A stretch of DNA of 64,000 nt from contig NC_043003.1 of NCBI RefSeq assembly GCF_006345805.1, positions 83,576,001-83,640,000 on the forward strand. The letters run 5' to 3'. This document shows positions 26,081-38,849 of this stretch, piece after piece. Position numbers and translations under genes: made by a program. Each line of letters begins with the position of its first letter. The stretch's first letter is position 1. This stretch comes from Octopus sinensis (taxonomy: Eukaryota). A model generated the notes under the pieces. The model ran no database searches and was not told the DNA's origin. It saw only the letters and a program-made list of their open reading frames with translations.

Positions 26081-27109
26081 TCTATCAAAAAGGTAATTGG
26101 TTTGACAAGTCTTTCATTATGCAATAAAACTGTTGGTAACATTGTCAATACTCACCTTGCATAAATTCATAACTTAAAACGTTATTTCACAACAGGACTA
26201 AAAAAAAATACGAAATCAATATCTTTTTCCAACAATGCAAATTTGCACCCAGTTTGTTAGTGAGGCTGAATTTCTCCCACAAAAGCATTTCAGCTTTGGT
26301 TTACATTTTATTTCCTGGTTTTATTATTTTGCGGGATTATTTTGCAATGTTTTGTTTCCATTTTGACTGATTCCTTTCTTCTTTTCAATTCTCTACATGG
26401 CAATGCAAGCTCCTACTCCATGTGCTATCCTTAACCAATTTTTCTAGGAGTAAGTGAACAAGTATTCTGTCCATCTTAACTTTGCTGTCAATTAATAGTT
26501 ATGGAGTAGAGGAGTCAGTCTAACTCATTTGATGACAGATACCAGACAAAGACAGATTTATAAATTGATTCAAGCATGTATAGGTGTGCACATGCACACA
26601 TCTGTGCTTTTTGTTCCAAATGGATTGTTCCAATATTGATAAAACAAAGTAGTGTCCAGAAAGCCAAGTTTAAATTTTTTTTTTAAACTTGGAAACAAAG
26701 TCACAATTTCCAGGATTCCTTTCCTCCAGACAAACTTCAGAGGGGCAAGATGGCAGAATAAGGTAAGACACTGGACTAGCAGCTTCTCAGGAGATCATGA
26801 TCTCAAATACACTACTAGTAGCTGATGGAATTTAGAGGTAGAACGCTGTATCTTCTAGATTAACATCTATGAGCAATGTGCAATTGTTCAATCTCATACC
26901 AGAGCCCACTTTTTAATAAATTCACTCTACAATGCTAAACTCTGTTCCTAGTTATGGCTGTATATAATGACTGGCTGTGCAACAGTCCTATATATTAATC
27001 CATTTTTGATCATATCTCTAAAAAAATACACAGATCTAAGTCTGAAAATAATTAAGAATTTTAAGAGAGTCAGTAAAATATCTAACCTTTCTATTAATCA
27101 GTACATTAA

Positions 27110-27339
27110 CCCTTTAGTGTTCAGATTATTCTGTCAAATGTAATGCTTATTTATTGACATTGTTTTGAATTCATCATGCATTACCTTGTAGCTTTGAGAT
27201 TTTAATGGTGTGTTTGTATATTTTTAGAACAACATTGTATGATAGGTGTGAGAGGCTAGATCTGGTCAGTACTAACATAAAACTGGTAGAATATTTGAGC
27301 CAGATAGGGCTGGATACAGCCAGTTTAAATGCTAAAGCG
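27110..27339 (+). mobile_element. piggyBac-like MITE family 1 copy
   Basis: TTAA-ccctttagtg...gctaaagcgTTAA. Confidence 0.75.
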
Positions 27340-28195
27340 TTAAGCCTATATTTGGAATGTAACTCGACAAAAGTTTCTTGCATAAAAGTATTGAGTGTTT
27401 TTAATTTAAACATTTGAAAATATGTTTTGAATCAAGTAGACTGGTGTCAAAAGTGTTAAACTGATAAAATACAAGAACCTCTACCATCAAGTGGATATGT
27501 TGGCTATGATACCAGATGTTAGTGGTTTATTAAAATCACTTCTCAATTGAAATACTGAAGATAACAGCTGATAGTTGTTCATTTACTTTCATTTTAGATA
27601 TAATTCATAAAAATATAATTAGCTACAATTAGTAAAAAAGAACAGTGATAGTTTATGTATTTAAGCATTACTTTTTGATTAAGAAATCTGCTTTGCAACT
27701 ACAGTGTAATCTTAATGTACTATTCTGCACCTTCACCAAGAGTGTTCTATCAAAGCCTTAGCTTAACCAAAACCTTGCAAGCAAAATTTAAGACAGAAAC
27801 TGGGTGGAAGCCTGTGAAGGGACTTTTCTTGTTTTGGTATGGAAGACTTAGTCCATAGCCACCTTGGGTGCCTTTAGTGGAGTTAACTCTATTATAAGAA
27901 TTCAGGCTAAATCACCCTTTCTATTACCAACCACTCTTAGAGGAAATGAAACAGGTTATTGAAACTGGCCTTCTTTCTAACCTAAACCATAAAAATTTTT
28001 TCATCTTAAATTATTTGATTTTATTACAAGGCCAAACAAATAGAAAAGGAATGGTTTAAATGAGACAATATAATATGCCTTACAGTATTAAAATTTCACT
28101 ATATATATATATATATTTTTTTTTTAACAGAGTTCATGTCAATTATATGTAACTAAAAAATATATAATATATTAGATATAAAAACAATGTGTGAC

Positions 28196-28292
28196 GCTTA
28201 TTGCACCTAGGTTTCCCAAGCGGTCACCCATCTAAGTACTAAACTAGGCTCGACGTTGCTTAACTTCGGTGATCGGACGAGAATCGGTGCTT
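28196..28292 (-). pseudogene. 5'-truncated 5S rRNA retrocopy (approx. nt 23-119)
   Basis: Minus strand reads AAGCACCGATTCTCGTCCGATCACCGAAGTTAAGCAACGTCGAGCCTAGTTTAGTACTTAGATGGGTGACCGCTTGGGAAACCTAGGTGCAATAAGC. It has the 5S box A/C signatures and helix GCCUAG/CUAGGU. Confidence 0.92.
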
Positions 28293-28293
28293 A

Positions 28294-28475
28294 GGCACGT
28301 AAAAAGCACCCACTACACTCACGGAGTGGTTGGCGTTAGGAAGGGCATCCAGCTGTAGAAACACAGCCAGATCAGACTGGAGCCTGGTGCAGCCTCCTGG
28401 CTTCCCAGACCCCAGTCGAACCGCCCAACCTGTGCTAGCACGGAAAACGGACGTTAAATGATGATGATGATGATG
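28294..28475 (+). mobile_element. RTE 3' end fused to the 5S retrocopy
   Basis: ggcacgtaaaaagcacccac...gttaaatgatgatgatg. TSD ttagatataaaa at 28172-28183 and 28476-28487 encloses both parts. Confidence 0.9.
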
Positions 28476-29389
28476 TTAGATATAAAAGTTTATCAATGAT
28501 TACCAGCAAGATTTTAGAATTTTAAAAAATGTGATTTAAAAAATATTTTACAATAATCTGTATGTCATTCTGTAAAATTTGAATTATGTCTAATTAATAA
28601 ATATTAGATTGAAAGACATAACACTGCAGCTTGAAAATGCGGTAATGATCAGTATAGCTAAAAAAATTATAATAAATTCATTTGAACACTAAGACTTTAA
28701 AGTTTAGATTTAATACACAGCAAATTCAAAACAATGTTTATTTCTATTGTATTTCAAGAGTAACATATTCTTAAGAACATTTCGATGAAATAGGAACCAG
28801 GACTAGTAGATCAATCAGAAAACAGGAATTCTTGTCTGGCCCTTTTCAATGAAGATGATACTGGAGGAGGTTCTAGTTTATATCAACTCAGATAATAGTT
28901 TATTTAATAACTGCCATATTTTCAATAGATTTGATAGCTAATTAGGATTTTCCAAACTAGTAATGTTAGCAAAATAAATTCCAAAACATTGCAAAAGCAT
29001 TATTAGTGTTAAAATCACAAAAGTATGTTAGTATTACCAAAACATTAACCCACATGGAACAAATTCTGACTGCTATCATAAATTCTGATAACACAGGATT
29101 GCTATATGAAACTAAACATGAACACCATATATTGAAGTACAGTTTTAGAATGATAACTACTGACCATTAATGAAGAATAAGGCAACACTATCAACTTGAA
29201 CATTGGGAAATTCTCTCAACTTAGGGGTCACTTAAATCAGATAAGGTAGCAGCTTCTTAAAATGAACCAATTTTTTTTTTAGAATTTGTCTCAACTAATT
29301 AAATTTCAGTTTTTGCTAAAGAAATGGCATTAATCCATTCTCATCTTCACTTTGAAAGAATGTTGAAAATAACCAATTATTACTTCGTT

Positions 29390-32300
29390 ATATGTTGGCC
29401 AACAGTCAGGCGACACTGACGATTGCTTAAAACCACAACAAATTTGTTAGACTTAGTTTTTACAGAGAAGACTAATTTCAGCGATGAAACTACAGCAACT
29501 CAGGGAAACTAAGCCAGAACAACCTGCCATCCTCTACACACCATCATAAACTGCGAGCAGGGTACAAATTGTTGTCCTTAAATGCTCGCAGTTTATGCAA
29601 CAAAATACATTTGTTCAACGCCTACGTCAGAAGTGTTGACCCTGACTTCATCACTGTCACGGAAACATGGGTGCATTCCTTACTCTGTGATGGGGTTTTC
29701 AACATTACGGGGTACAACCTCTTCCGTAAGGACTGCACTAACCGCCATGGTGGTGGTGATGGTCTACGTTCGTTCAAATTTTTTGGTAATTCCTTGTGCC
29801 GATTTGAACGAATCACAAGAAGAAGTTTTTTTCTGTGACGTGCGTATGACCATGTCAACACTCCTGCTTGGCGTTGTTTATCGTCCCCCAAGTTACCATC
29901 GGGACACACAGCTTTGCAATGTCCTCCGAGCTGCTGCCAGGAAAACAGCCACTTTGTGTTTATTGCAGGCGATTTCAATCATCCTGAGATCGATTGGGAG
30001 ACCTTCCATTGGCCACAGAGTGCAAACGATTTTGTTGAGCTTGTGCTGGACTCAAACTGGTCACAAGTAGTCACCTCTCCAACAAGAGGCGACAACACCT
30101 TGGACCTGCTCTTCACCACAACTCCTGAAGCGGTTATCAATTGCACTACGGAGGAACCTCTAGGTGACTCTGATCATGCTATGATCATCGCCAATCTGGC
30201 TCTTGCGGGCAACAAAAACCTGAACCATCTCCAATCTGCTTCCTTCGATTGGAAGAGAGCAGATTGGAACCTGTACCACACTGAACTACAGCACCCAAAC
30301 TGGCGTGAATTCTACAACTCTGGAGATGTGAATACTATACTCCAGAGTATCCTGGACTCAATATGGGCAGCATGTGCAGCATCAGTGCCACGTAAACAAA
30401 AAAAAAGAACCGCCCCAAAAGGGCAATTTGGGAAACTTCAGCGGTCCGACTTGCCAGGAGGGAACGTCGGACTGCTGAACGGGAATACAGGTTGCATAAA
30501 TCAGACACCAACAGGAAGAAGCGGAATAAATCCTCCAACCATCTCAAGCAAGTGACAAAAAAAGCAGTGCTTGAATTTGAACAGTGCATAGCAGCCAATC
30601 CTGACAGCAAGGTTTTCTGGAAATATGTGCACTCAAAGCAGAGACCTCACTCTCCAGTGGGCCCTCTTCGCAACCCTCACACAAACCAGATCACTGACGA
30701 CCCCAAGGAATGCGCAGAACTCATTGCCGAGTGCTATGCAAACATATTCACTGTTGAAAGTCAAAATGTACCATCTTCACCAGCACTAACAGCAAACTCC
30801 ATAACAACTATGGAATTTACACCTGCAATGCTGCGACGTCACCTTCAAAATAAGCGCAACTATGCCTCCCCTGGTCTCGATGGAGTTACATACCTGCTTC
30901 TCAAACGTGGCAGGCACTTCCTTTTACACCAGCTTTCTATTTTCTTCCAGTACTGTCTCAACAATGGTGCTACTCCGGAGCAGTGGAAAACTGCCAGTGT
31001 CATTCCTCTGTTCAAAAAGGGCGACCGCACATCACCTGTCAACTATCGCCCAGTCAGTCTCACTAGCTGTATTGCAAAACTGATGGAATCGTGTGTCAGA
31101 GAAACACTCTGGAACTTCTGGAGCTCTCACAGTCTCATCCGACCCTCACAATATGGATTCGTCCCTAACTCCAGCTGCAGTGACCAGCTTGTCGAGTTCC
31201 TTGAGGACATTACTCAGATTACTGACAGTGGCTCATGGGTGGATGTTGTCTACCTTGACTTTGCTAAGGCTTTCAACTCTGTGCCACACAAAAGGCTTAT
31301 GGTGAAACTCTCTGCAATGGGTGTGGGGGATGACCTTTTTAACTGGTTGAAATCCTTCATCCTCAGCCGAAAGGAGGTAGTCACAGTTCTAGGACAGCAC
31401 TCTACACCATATGAGATGTCATCGGGTGTACCACAGGGATCTGTCCTTGGCCCCCTCTTGTTTGTGGCATACATTAACGACATAGATGCCAATTTAAAGA
31501 ATGCCACAGTATTGAAATATGCAGACAACATCAAGCTGTACCTTGAAATCAAGAGGACAGATCCTGATGTCTACAACTCTTTCCTGCAATCAGACCTAGA
31601 CACAATGCAGCAATGGATCACAGACTGGCAACTGAAACTGGCTGTGGACAAGTGTACCACCATGCATTTTGGGAGAAAAAACCCTGCGTTCACATACTCC
31701 CTCCACAACACTGATATCAAGAAATCCTCTTGCGAGCGTGACCTAGGCATCACTGTCAGCAGTGATTTGCGTTGGTCAAAGCATATCTCTAAGATTGTCA
31801 GGAAGGCTGAGGGTGTCTTGGCATCACTCAGCAGGTCTTTTGTTAGCCGCTCTCCAGCCATCTATTTAAAACTGTATACAGCTATGGTACGACCACACTT
31901 GGAATTCGCATCATCAGTTTGGAACCCCTATCTTGCACAGAACATTGACCTCCTGGAATCTGTCCAGAGACGTGCAACCAAACGCATACCCTCCATCAGA
32001 CACCTACCATATTCTGAGCGCCTTGTTTCCCTGGGCATGGATTCACTGAAGCTCCGGCGTTTGGCGACGGACTTGGTAAACACCCCAAGTTATCAACCAC
32101 CTCACCAACAACAACACTGAACACCTTTTTGATCTCCATGTGTCTAACACACGTGGACATGCCTACAAAGTCAGAAAACAATACAGCTCCCATGACTTTC
32201 GGAAACATTTTTTCACGCTCAGAGTTGCTGAAGCATGGAATAAACTGCCTGCGTCAGTTGTTGACTGCCATGACACTGCATCTTTTAAGGCCCTCATGCT

Positions 32301-32402
32301 TTCCGAAATCCGCCGAAACTTCACCTGATTATATATACACTTTAGATGAGTTGTAGTGCACCTGAGCACTGTACACAATTATTATTATTATTATTATTAT
32401 TA
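29390..32402 (+). mobile_element. CR1-group LINE, near-complete ORF2 (APE endonuclease + RT), inactivated
   Basis: EN motifs LNARSL, VTETW, VYRPP, AGDFN, TLDL, SDH. RT motifs PGLDG, NYRPVSL, QYGF, LDFAKAF, GVPQGSVLGP, YADN. About four frameshifts, stop at 32326-32328, short UTR and (TTA)n tail. The 5' boundary is approximate. Confidence 0.92.
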
Positions 32403-33150
32403 AACCTGTCCTGTGTAAACCTTTATTACAAAATTATAAAAATATCTATTTACAATTAATTAATACACTTTATGTGTATGGACTTATATATTGTATGACA
32501 TCATTACATATGCATTATGTAGTATGGATTAAGAGATAAGTTGCTACAGAATACAGTCAGAATGTTCCTCATTAATATTTCACTCGTAAATATATCAATA
32601 AAATATGTTATTTGCAATTGCTAAATTTACATTGGGAAATTTTAACAGATTTAAAACTCTATACTATAAGAAAAAACATTTGAGATGCAACATTATATTT
32701 CTAGTTACTAGTCAACATTTACATCACAAAGTCTTTGATTTCAATAGTTTAGTCACAGTTTTAGGACATTTGAGCTGCTTATTTAGTTTCACAAATCATC
32801 TACAAAAACAGCCAAATGGGATAAAACAAAAAACACAGTAAAGGATTAAAAGCTTTTAATGATTAGTTGCATAAGTTAATTTATAACAAGATTAGATAGT
32901 TGATATAGTTATATCAACATCACCCAGTAATTTTTTTTTTTTTTTCTTCTTTAGTGATACACTAAAGTCACTGCAGTAAAACAGCTAAACACAAATACAC
33001 GCTATGTTTTTAAAAAGTATCAGAAACTTAAAAAAAAAAAAAAACACCAACTGTTACAGACAGGAAAAATAACCAGAGTAAAAGTATGCAGAAGAAACTA
33101 TCTATAAAATAAAAACAAAAAAACAGATTCTAAGGAAGAGAAAATATTAC

Positions 33151-33162
33151 CTAAGACAGGTT
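33151..33162 (-). CDS. UXS1: Candidate 12-nt in-frame UXS1 microexon (adds TCLR)
   Basis: tttttatttcttttccag|AACCTGTCTTAG|gtaata. Phase 2 to 2, compatible with both flanking exons and introduces no stop. Confidence 0.5.
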   Translation of the reverse strand, partial: NLS

Positions 33163-33538
33163 CTGGAAAAGAAATAAAAATGTATATTTTTGGCAATAGT
33201 TTTCACTTGAAATTACATGTGGTGACATAATATTGTTGTATTTTGAAAGAGTCAAGAAAGATTTTTTTTATTGAACACATATTCTGTGGTTTGTAATTGT
33301 TACTTATTTCTTTCAATAAGCGATGGAAGATTTTAATGCTATTCACAATACGAGAACAGAAATGAAGGTTATACTAAGCAGGTAGGTAGTGTGTGCATAT
33401 GTATGTGTTTGTGCAAGTGAGAAAGCACATGATTAATAGCAATAGCCATTTTTCATCGTGTGCTCTTTCACTCACAATTCTTGTTATTTATCACCAGAAA
33501 AAAAGATGAACTCAGGTGAATCAATGGAATCCCATTAA

Positions 33539-33758
33539 CCCTTTCATTACCAACCCGGCTGAAACCGGCTCTGGTTCTGAGTACAAATGTCTTGTTTTCA
33601 TAAGTTTTAAATTAAAATCTTCCACCAAACCTTAGTCACAATTTATGTTCCTAACACTAGCTTAATGATAACCAAGTAATTTTACTAAATTCTTTGTTAT
33701 ATTTAAAGTAATTGAAAGAAACACAGAGCATCCCAAAATAAATACAGTAACGAAAGGG
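33539..33758 (-). mobile_element. piggyBac-like MITE family 2 copy
   Basis: TTAA-ccctttcattac...gtaacgaaaggg-TTAA; reverse complement of 4350-4570. Confidence 0.8.
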
Positions 33759-34244
33759 TTAAAGACTTGTGTAAGACTAAATAAAATACACTTTCCTTTT
33801 CTTTTGAACTGAACTATTTTCTTTTCATAAAGAACAATAAATAACAGATGACCGACACACTGCTAACTATTTTTCATTCCACATAGAAGTTGACAAGCTT
33901 GTAACAACCTTGAGTTTAATACTTTCCCACCGTACGCTATTCAAACAGCATACTGTGGGAAAGTACTGCATATATGTATGCAGAATTCATGCACCGGTGT
34001 TCAATAGCTTTTATGTCTACTTTCCAAGGTTAGGAGAATGTATATTGTTGTAGTATTGTCATACACCCAGGTACTTCCTGCTACTTATCCATACCTTATC
34101 TTTCACATGCTTTCAAAAGTAGAGAATCAACAGAGTCACATACACATACTAACAAAACAGAACTCATGTGGCATTGATCTACCAAGGGCAGCAGATGACA
34201 CTTAACAAATGTACTGGGTAATACATCTGAACCTGTAACCATAC

Positions 34245-34641
34245 TGGCACAGGAGTGGTTGTGTGGTAAATAGCTTGCTTACCAACCACATGGTTGCGGG
34301 TTCATTCCCACTGCGTGGGACCTTGGGCAAGTGTCTTCTACTATAGCCTCGGGCCAACCAAAGCCTTGTGAGTGGATTTGGTAGACGGAAACTGAAAGAA
34401 GCCCGTCGTATATATGTATGTATATATATATGTATGCGTGTATATATTTGTGTGTCGGTGTTTGTCCCCCCAACATCGCTTGACAACCGATGCTGGTGTG
34501 TTTACATCCCTGTAACTAAGCAGTTCAGCAAAAGAGACTGATAGAAAGAATAAGTCCTGGGGTCGATTTGCTCGACTAAAGGCGGTGCTCCAGCTTGGCC
34601 ACAGTCAAATGACTGAAACAATTAAAAGAGTAAAAGAGTAA
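34245..34641 (+). mobile_element. SINE family A copy
   Basis: Matches the 18835 copy along its length. Confidence 0.85.
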
Positions 34642-35149
34642 GATGTACAGATACAGAGTTCCACTTTCTTACCATGTGATCTTGAGTTGGCACCTTGAGC
34701 AAATAATTTTTTTAAAGTAGCCCCATATTAACCAATGCTTTGAGGGTGAAATTATAAGATAGAAACTGTATAGATGCCTAATGCATATATATTCATTTCA
34801 TGCCCATATTCCCAAGCTAGTATGGGTTGGATGGGGACATATTTGCAGCAGGATTTTGTGATTAGGTCCTCTTCCTGTCACCAACTGGTACATGTTTTTC
34901 AAGTAAGGGATGTTTTATTCTGCAGGTCTACAAAAGTACAGCAAGAAAGTACTGCTGTAAACAATTTGTTACAGCAAAAAAAAAAACAATAAAAGAAGTA
35001 CAAGACTTTAAAAGGAAAATTAGTACTGGGGTCAATTATTTTGACTAAAATTCCTCAAGCAGTGCTCCAGCATGGCTACAATCTAATGGCTGAGATAAGT
35101 AGAAGGATGCACACTGAAGTACTAAAGACTGGTTGTATAGCATACAATT

Positions 35150-35509
35150 TTAAAAAAGCACCATCCAATCATAGCTGTTGCCAGCCTCGCCTGGCCCCCG
35201 TGCCGGTGGCACGTAAAAAGCACCATCCGATCATGGCCGTTGCCAGCCGCGCCTGGCCCCCGTGCCGGTGGCACATAAAAAGCACCATCCGACCGTGTCT
35301 GTTTGCCAGCCCAGTCTGGCACCTGTGCCGGTGGCATGTAAAAAGCACCCACTACACTCACGGGGTGGTTGGCGTTAGGAAGGGCATCCAGCTGTAGAAG
35401 CATTGCCAGATCAGACTGGAGTCTGGTGCAGCCTTCTGGCTTCCAAGACCCCAGTTGAACCGTCCAACCCATGCTAGCATGGAAAGCGGACGCTAAATGA
35501 AAATGATGA

Positions 35510-35512
<3 letters not shown>
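35150..35512 (+). mobile_element. RTE 3' UTR fragment with ~62-bp tandem units and GAT tail, abutting (TA)n
   Basis: Three gtgccggtggca..taaaaagcacc units followed by the standard RTE end. Confidence 0.85.
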
Positions 35513-35546
<34 letters not shown>

Positions 35547-35889
35547 TAGATAGATAGATATGCATACATAGTCCAATCACTAAGTATCCAGACTGTTACC
35601 ATAGTAACAAAGCTAAAGCACACATAATGAAGCCACTTGGCACAGGTTCATGTTGAACTTTGCTGTGCATGCACACTAAATTTTCTTTTTAAAGCTTGGT
35701 ACTTCTTTTATTGTTTTGTTTTTTTTTGCTGTTGAACCACTAAATTAGAGGCACAAAAACACGATCACTGGTAGTCAAGTGGTGGTGGGGCACAAACAAA
35801 GACACACTCATAGATATATATGTAACCATGTACCCCCTCTATAACAAGACACCCATTTCTCTGTCACACTCTAACCTTTTATCATATGA

Positions 35890-36212
35890 CTAGCACTATG
35901 ACCCAACAACGCCAGGTCATAGTGCTAGTGCATGCATATACAGCTGCGTACGTGCGCACATACATGCGAGTACTGTCCAAATCTCCGACCAATCACATAC
36001 AGCAAGCTGGCATTCAATTGGCATATCAAGTTTCGGGCATTTTGATTGGGTTTTGGATAGAAAATTCACAAAAAAGTCACTTCTATTGATTTTTTAATGG
36101 CTTTGCAGGGTGACTGGGGAAATATAAAGATGCGCACGGCCACCCTTGGACGGTTTTGAATGACCACAGAAAGTGCAAGCCCTCTATCTGAAAAATTGTG
36201 GATTTGTATAAA

Positions 36213-36247
<35 letters not shown>

Positions 36248-36275
36248 GACATTTTGCCATTTACATATATAGAGA
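35890..36275 (-). mobile_element. Non-autonomous Helitron
   Basis: Minus strand starts A|TCTCTATATATG with (CTGT)/(GT)n and ends CTAG|T. Terminal hairpin actagcactatgacc / ggtcatagtgctagt (15-bp perfect stem). Confidence 0.7.
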
Positions 36276-36790
36276 TGTTGGATCACCTCCTCCAGTGCAA
36301 CCCCACTTTATAGCAAGACACCTATTTCTGCCTCTGTGTTTCCTTGTCACTCTCTAACCGTTCATCCTCTTACACGAGTTCCCCTCCTCAAATGCCTCTG
36401 CCCCTCTCATAATTCCTTCTCTTGCAAGTTATTTGGTAACCCTGCCAGTGTTGGTGCCACATGAAAATCATCCAGTCCACACTGTAAAGTGGCTGACATT
36501 CTTTATGTATATATTATATTAACTGCCTAATCAAAAAATACAGAAACTATTTCTTTCCTCCGAAACAATTTAAGTCACGTAGTTACTTAAAAATATACAC
36601 TCACAATGTATGTGTATAATACACTTCATGAAATTTCAATGCCAACATGAAATGTTACATGTGTACATATGAGTCACAAGATTATTTGTATTGAGGTTAT
36701 TGAAGTCAACAGGTTCAACACTAGTAAATGACAAAACTTTTCTTGTGCAGATCTATTTATCAAATAGACATATGTTTTATTGCTAAAGGC

Positions 36791-37290
36791 CAGTGGTCCC
36801 CAACATTTTCACTACCAAGGACCCCTTTTTTTCAAATGAGTTTTCCCATGGACCCCCTTTTAATATGCTTATCCATATATATATGGAGTGGCTGTGTGGT
36901 AAGTAGCTTGCTAACCAACCACATGGTTCCGGGTTCAATCCCACTGCATGGCATCTTGGGCAAGTGTCTTCTACTATAGCCCTGGGCCGACCAATGCCTT
37001 GTGAGTGGGTTTGGTAGACAGAAACTGAAAGAAGCCTGTCGTATATATGTATATATATATATATGTGTGTGTGTGTGTTTGTGTGTCTGTGTTTGTTCCC
37101 CTAGCATTGCTTGACAACCGATGCTGGTGTGTTTACGTCCCCGTCACTTAGCGGTTCGGCAAAAAGAGACCGATAGAATAAGTACTGGGCTTACAAAATG
37201 AATAAGTCCCGAGGTCGAGTTGCTCGACTAAAGGCGGTGCTCCAGCATGGCCGCAGTCAAATGACTGAAACAAGTAAAAGAGTAAAAGAG

Positions 37291-37322
<32 letters not shown>

Positions 37323-37399
37323 AAATTTTGAATTTAGTTCAAGGACACAGCAGTACTACATTTGCATAGCACGGACCACAAGTTGTCTGTCAACCACTG
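36791..37399. mobile_element. hAT-type MITE split by a SINE family A copy (36884-37291)
   Basis: Ends cagtggtccccaac / gtcaaccactg, with imperfect 8-bp TSD ctaaaggc / atacaggc. Confidence 0.55.
36884..37291 (+). mobile_element. SINE family A copy
   Basis: Matches the 18835 copy and is flanked by (TA)n. Confidence 0.88.
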
Positions 37400-37621
37400 A
37401 TACAGGCAATTAAATTTCAAAGAATCTATTATACGTGATAGATTGTTAATGTGTATTTTTTCAACCGACACATGTTTACGCTTTTCTTTTCTTTTGAAAA
37501 AGTTATAACATAAAACACATTTTTGATCAGATTTACAAATGTATGTGTGTGCACAAACGTTTTTACTTTCCCCTTACATTTCCACAGGTAGTTTCTATTT
37601 TCTTTTTGTAACATATTTCTA

Positions 37622-37623
37622 TC

Positions 37624-37662
<39 letters not shown>

Positions 37663-38067
37663 TATATATACACACACACACATATATATATATATACATA
37701 CATATATACACATATATATACATACACACACACACATATATATACATATATACATACACACACACATATATATATATACATACATATATATACACACACA
37801 CATACATATGCATACATATATATACATATATATACACACACACATACATATACATACATATACATACATATACATACATATATATACATATATATACACA
37901 CACACATACATATACATACATATATATACATATATATACACACACACATACATATACATACATATATATACACACACACATACATATACATACATATATA
38001 TACATATATATACACACACACATACATATACATACATATATATACATATATATATACACACACATAC

Positions 38068-38098
<31 letters not shown>

Positions 38099-38347
38099 CA
38101 CACACATACATATATATACATATATACACACACATACATATACATACATATATATACATATATATACACACACACATACATATATATACACACACAAATA
38201 CATATACATACATATATATACACACACACATACATATATATACATATATATACACACACACATACATATATATACATATATATACACACACACATACATA
38301 TATATACATATATATACACACACACATACATATATATACATATATAT

Positions 38348-38377
<30 letters not shown>
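37622..38377. repeat. Compound (TA)n/(CA)n/(CATA)n microsatellite with ~28-34-bp higher-order periodicity
   Basis: Seen directly. It produces the spurious 200-300 aa ORFs in the track. Confidence 0.95.
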
Positions 38378-38378
<1 letters not shown>

Positions 38379-38849
38379 AAATTGTGAAGTATATTTGCCA
38401 CCTAAATGTGGCTAACCCTTAAGGGTTGATGCTAATGTAGCTTGTAGCCTCAGGAAGATATCTCCTCCAGCTGGCTATTGACACACTTTCAGTGCCCTAT
38501 CAGTATTTTCAAAGAGAAGTTCTTTCCCATCTCCAGCTTGACATGATACACATGGACCCGAGTTGCTGGGTATTGACCCGTAATCAGTGTGTGACAACCA
38601 CCGGCTGGTGATGTGAAGTGGTTCCTAACATATACATATATATATATATGTGTGTGTGTGATTATGTAAATATATAGGTGTGGTTAAGAAGACCTAGGCC
38701 AACTAAAACCCTTGCAATGTGTGTGTGTGTTTACCAATGTCCTAACATCATGTGATGATTGCAAACATGCATCACCATCTTCCATAAAATATATGTCTGG
38801 CCATGAGAAAGTATTACCTTTCATTTTCTTATTAATAATTGCATTGTTT

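Noticed and set aside
27513-27554. 42-nt AG...GT segment with one open frame
   Set aside because: The open frame is phase 1, the required phase-2 frame hits TGA, and the donor gtatca is weak.
28196-28292. Functional 5S rRNA gene or 5S-derived SINE3
   Set aside because: It lacks the first ~22 nt, is single-copy here, has no SINE body downstream, and lies inside a retrotransposition TSD.
33074-33101. Strong acceptor just downstream of the 33151 microexon
   Set aside because: It would need a 49-nt intron and has a poor donor (gttatt).
37429-38422. Five overlapping 200-308 aa ORFs, plus similar ones at 5749-7971
   Set aside because: They are translations of (TA/CA/CATA)n microsatellites that lack stop codons by composition.
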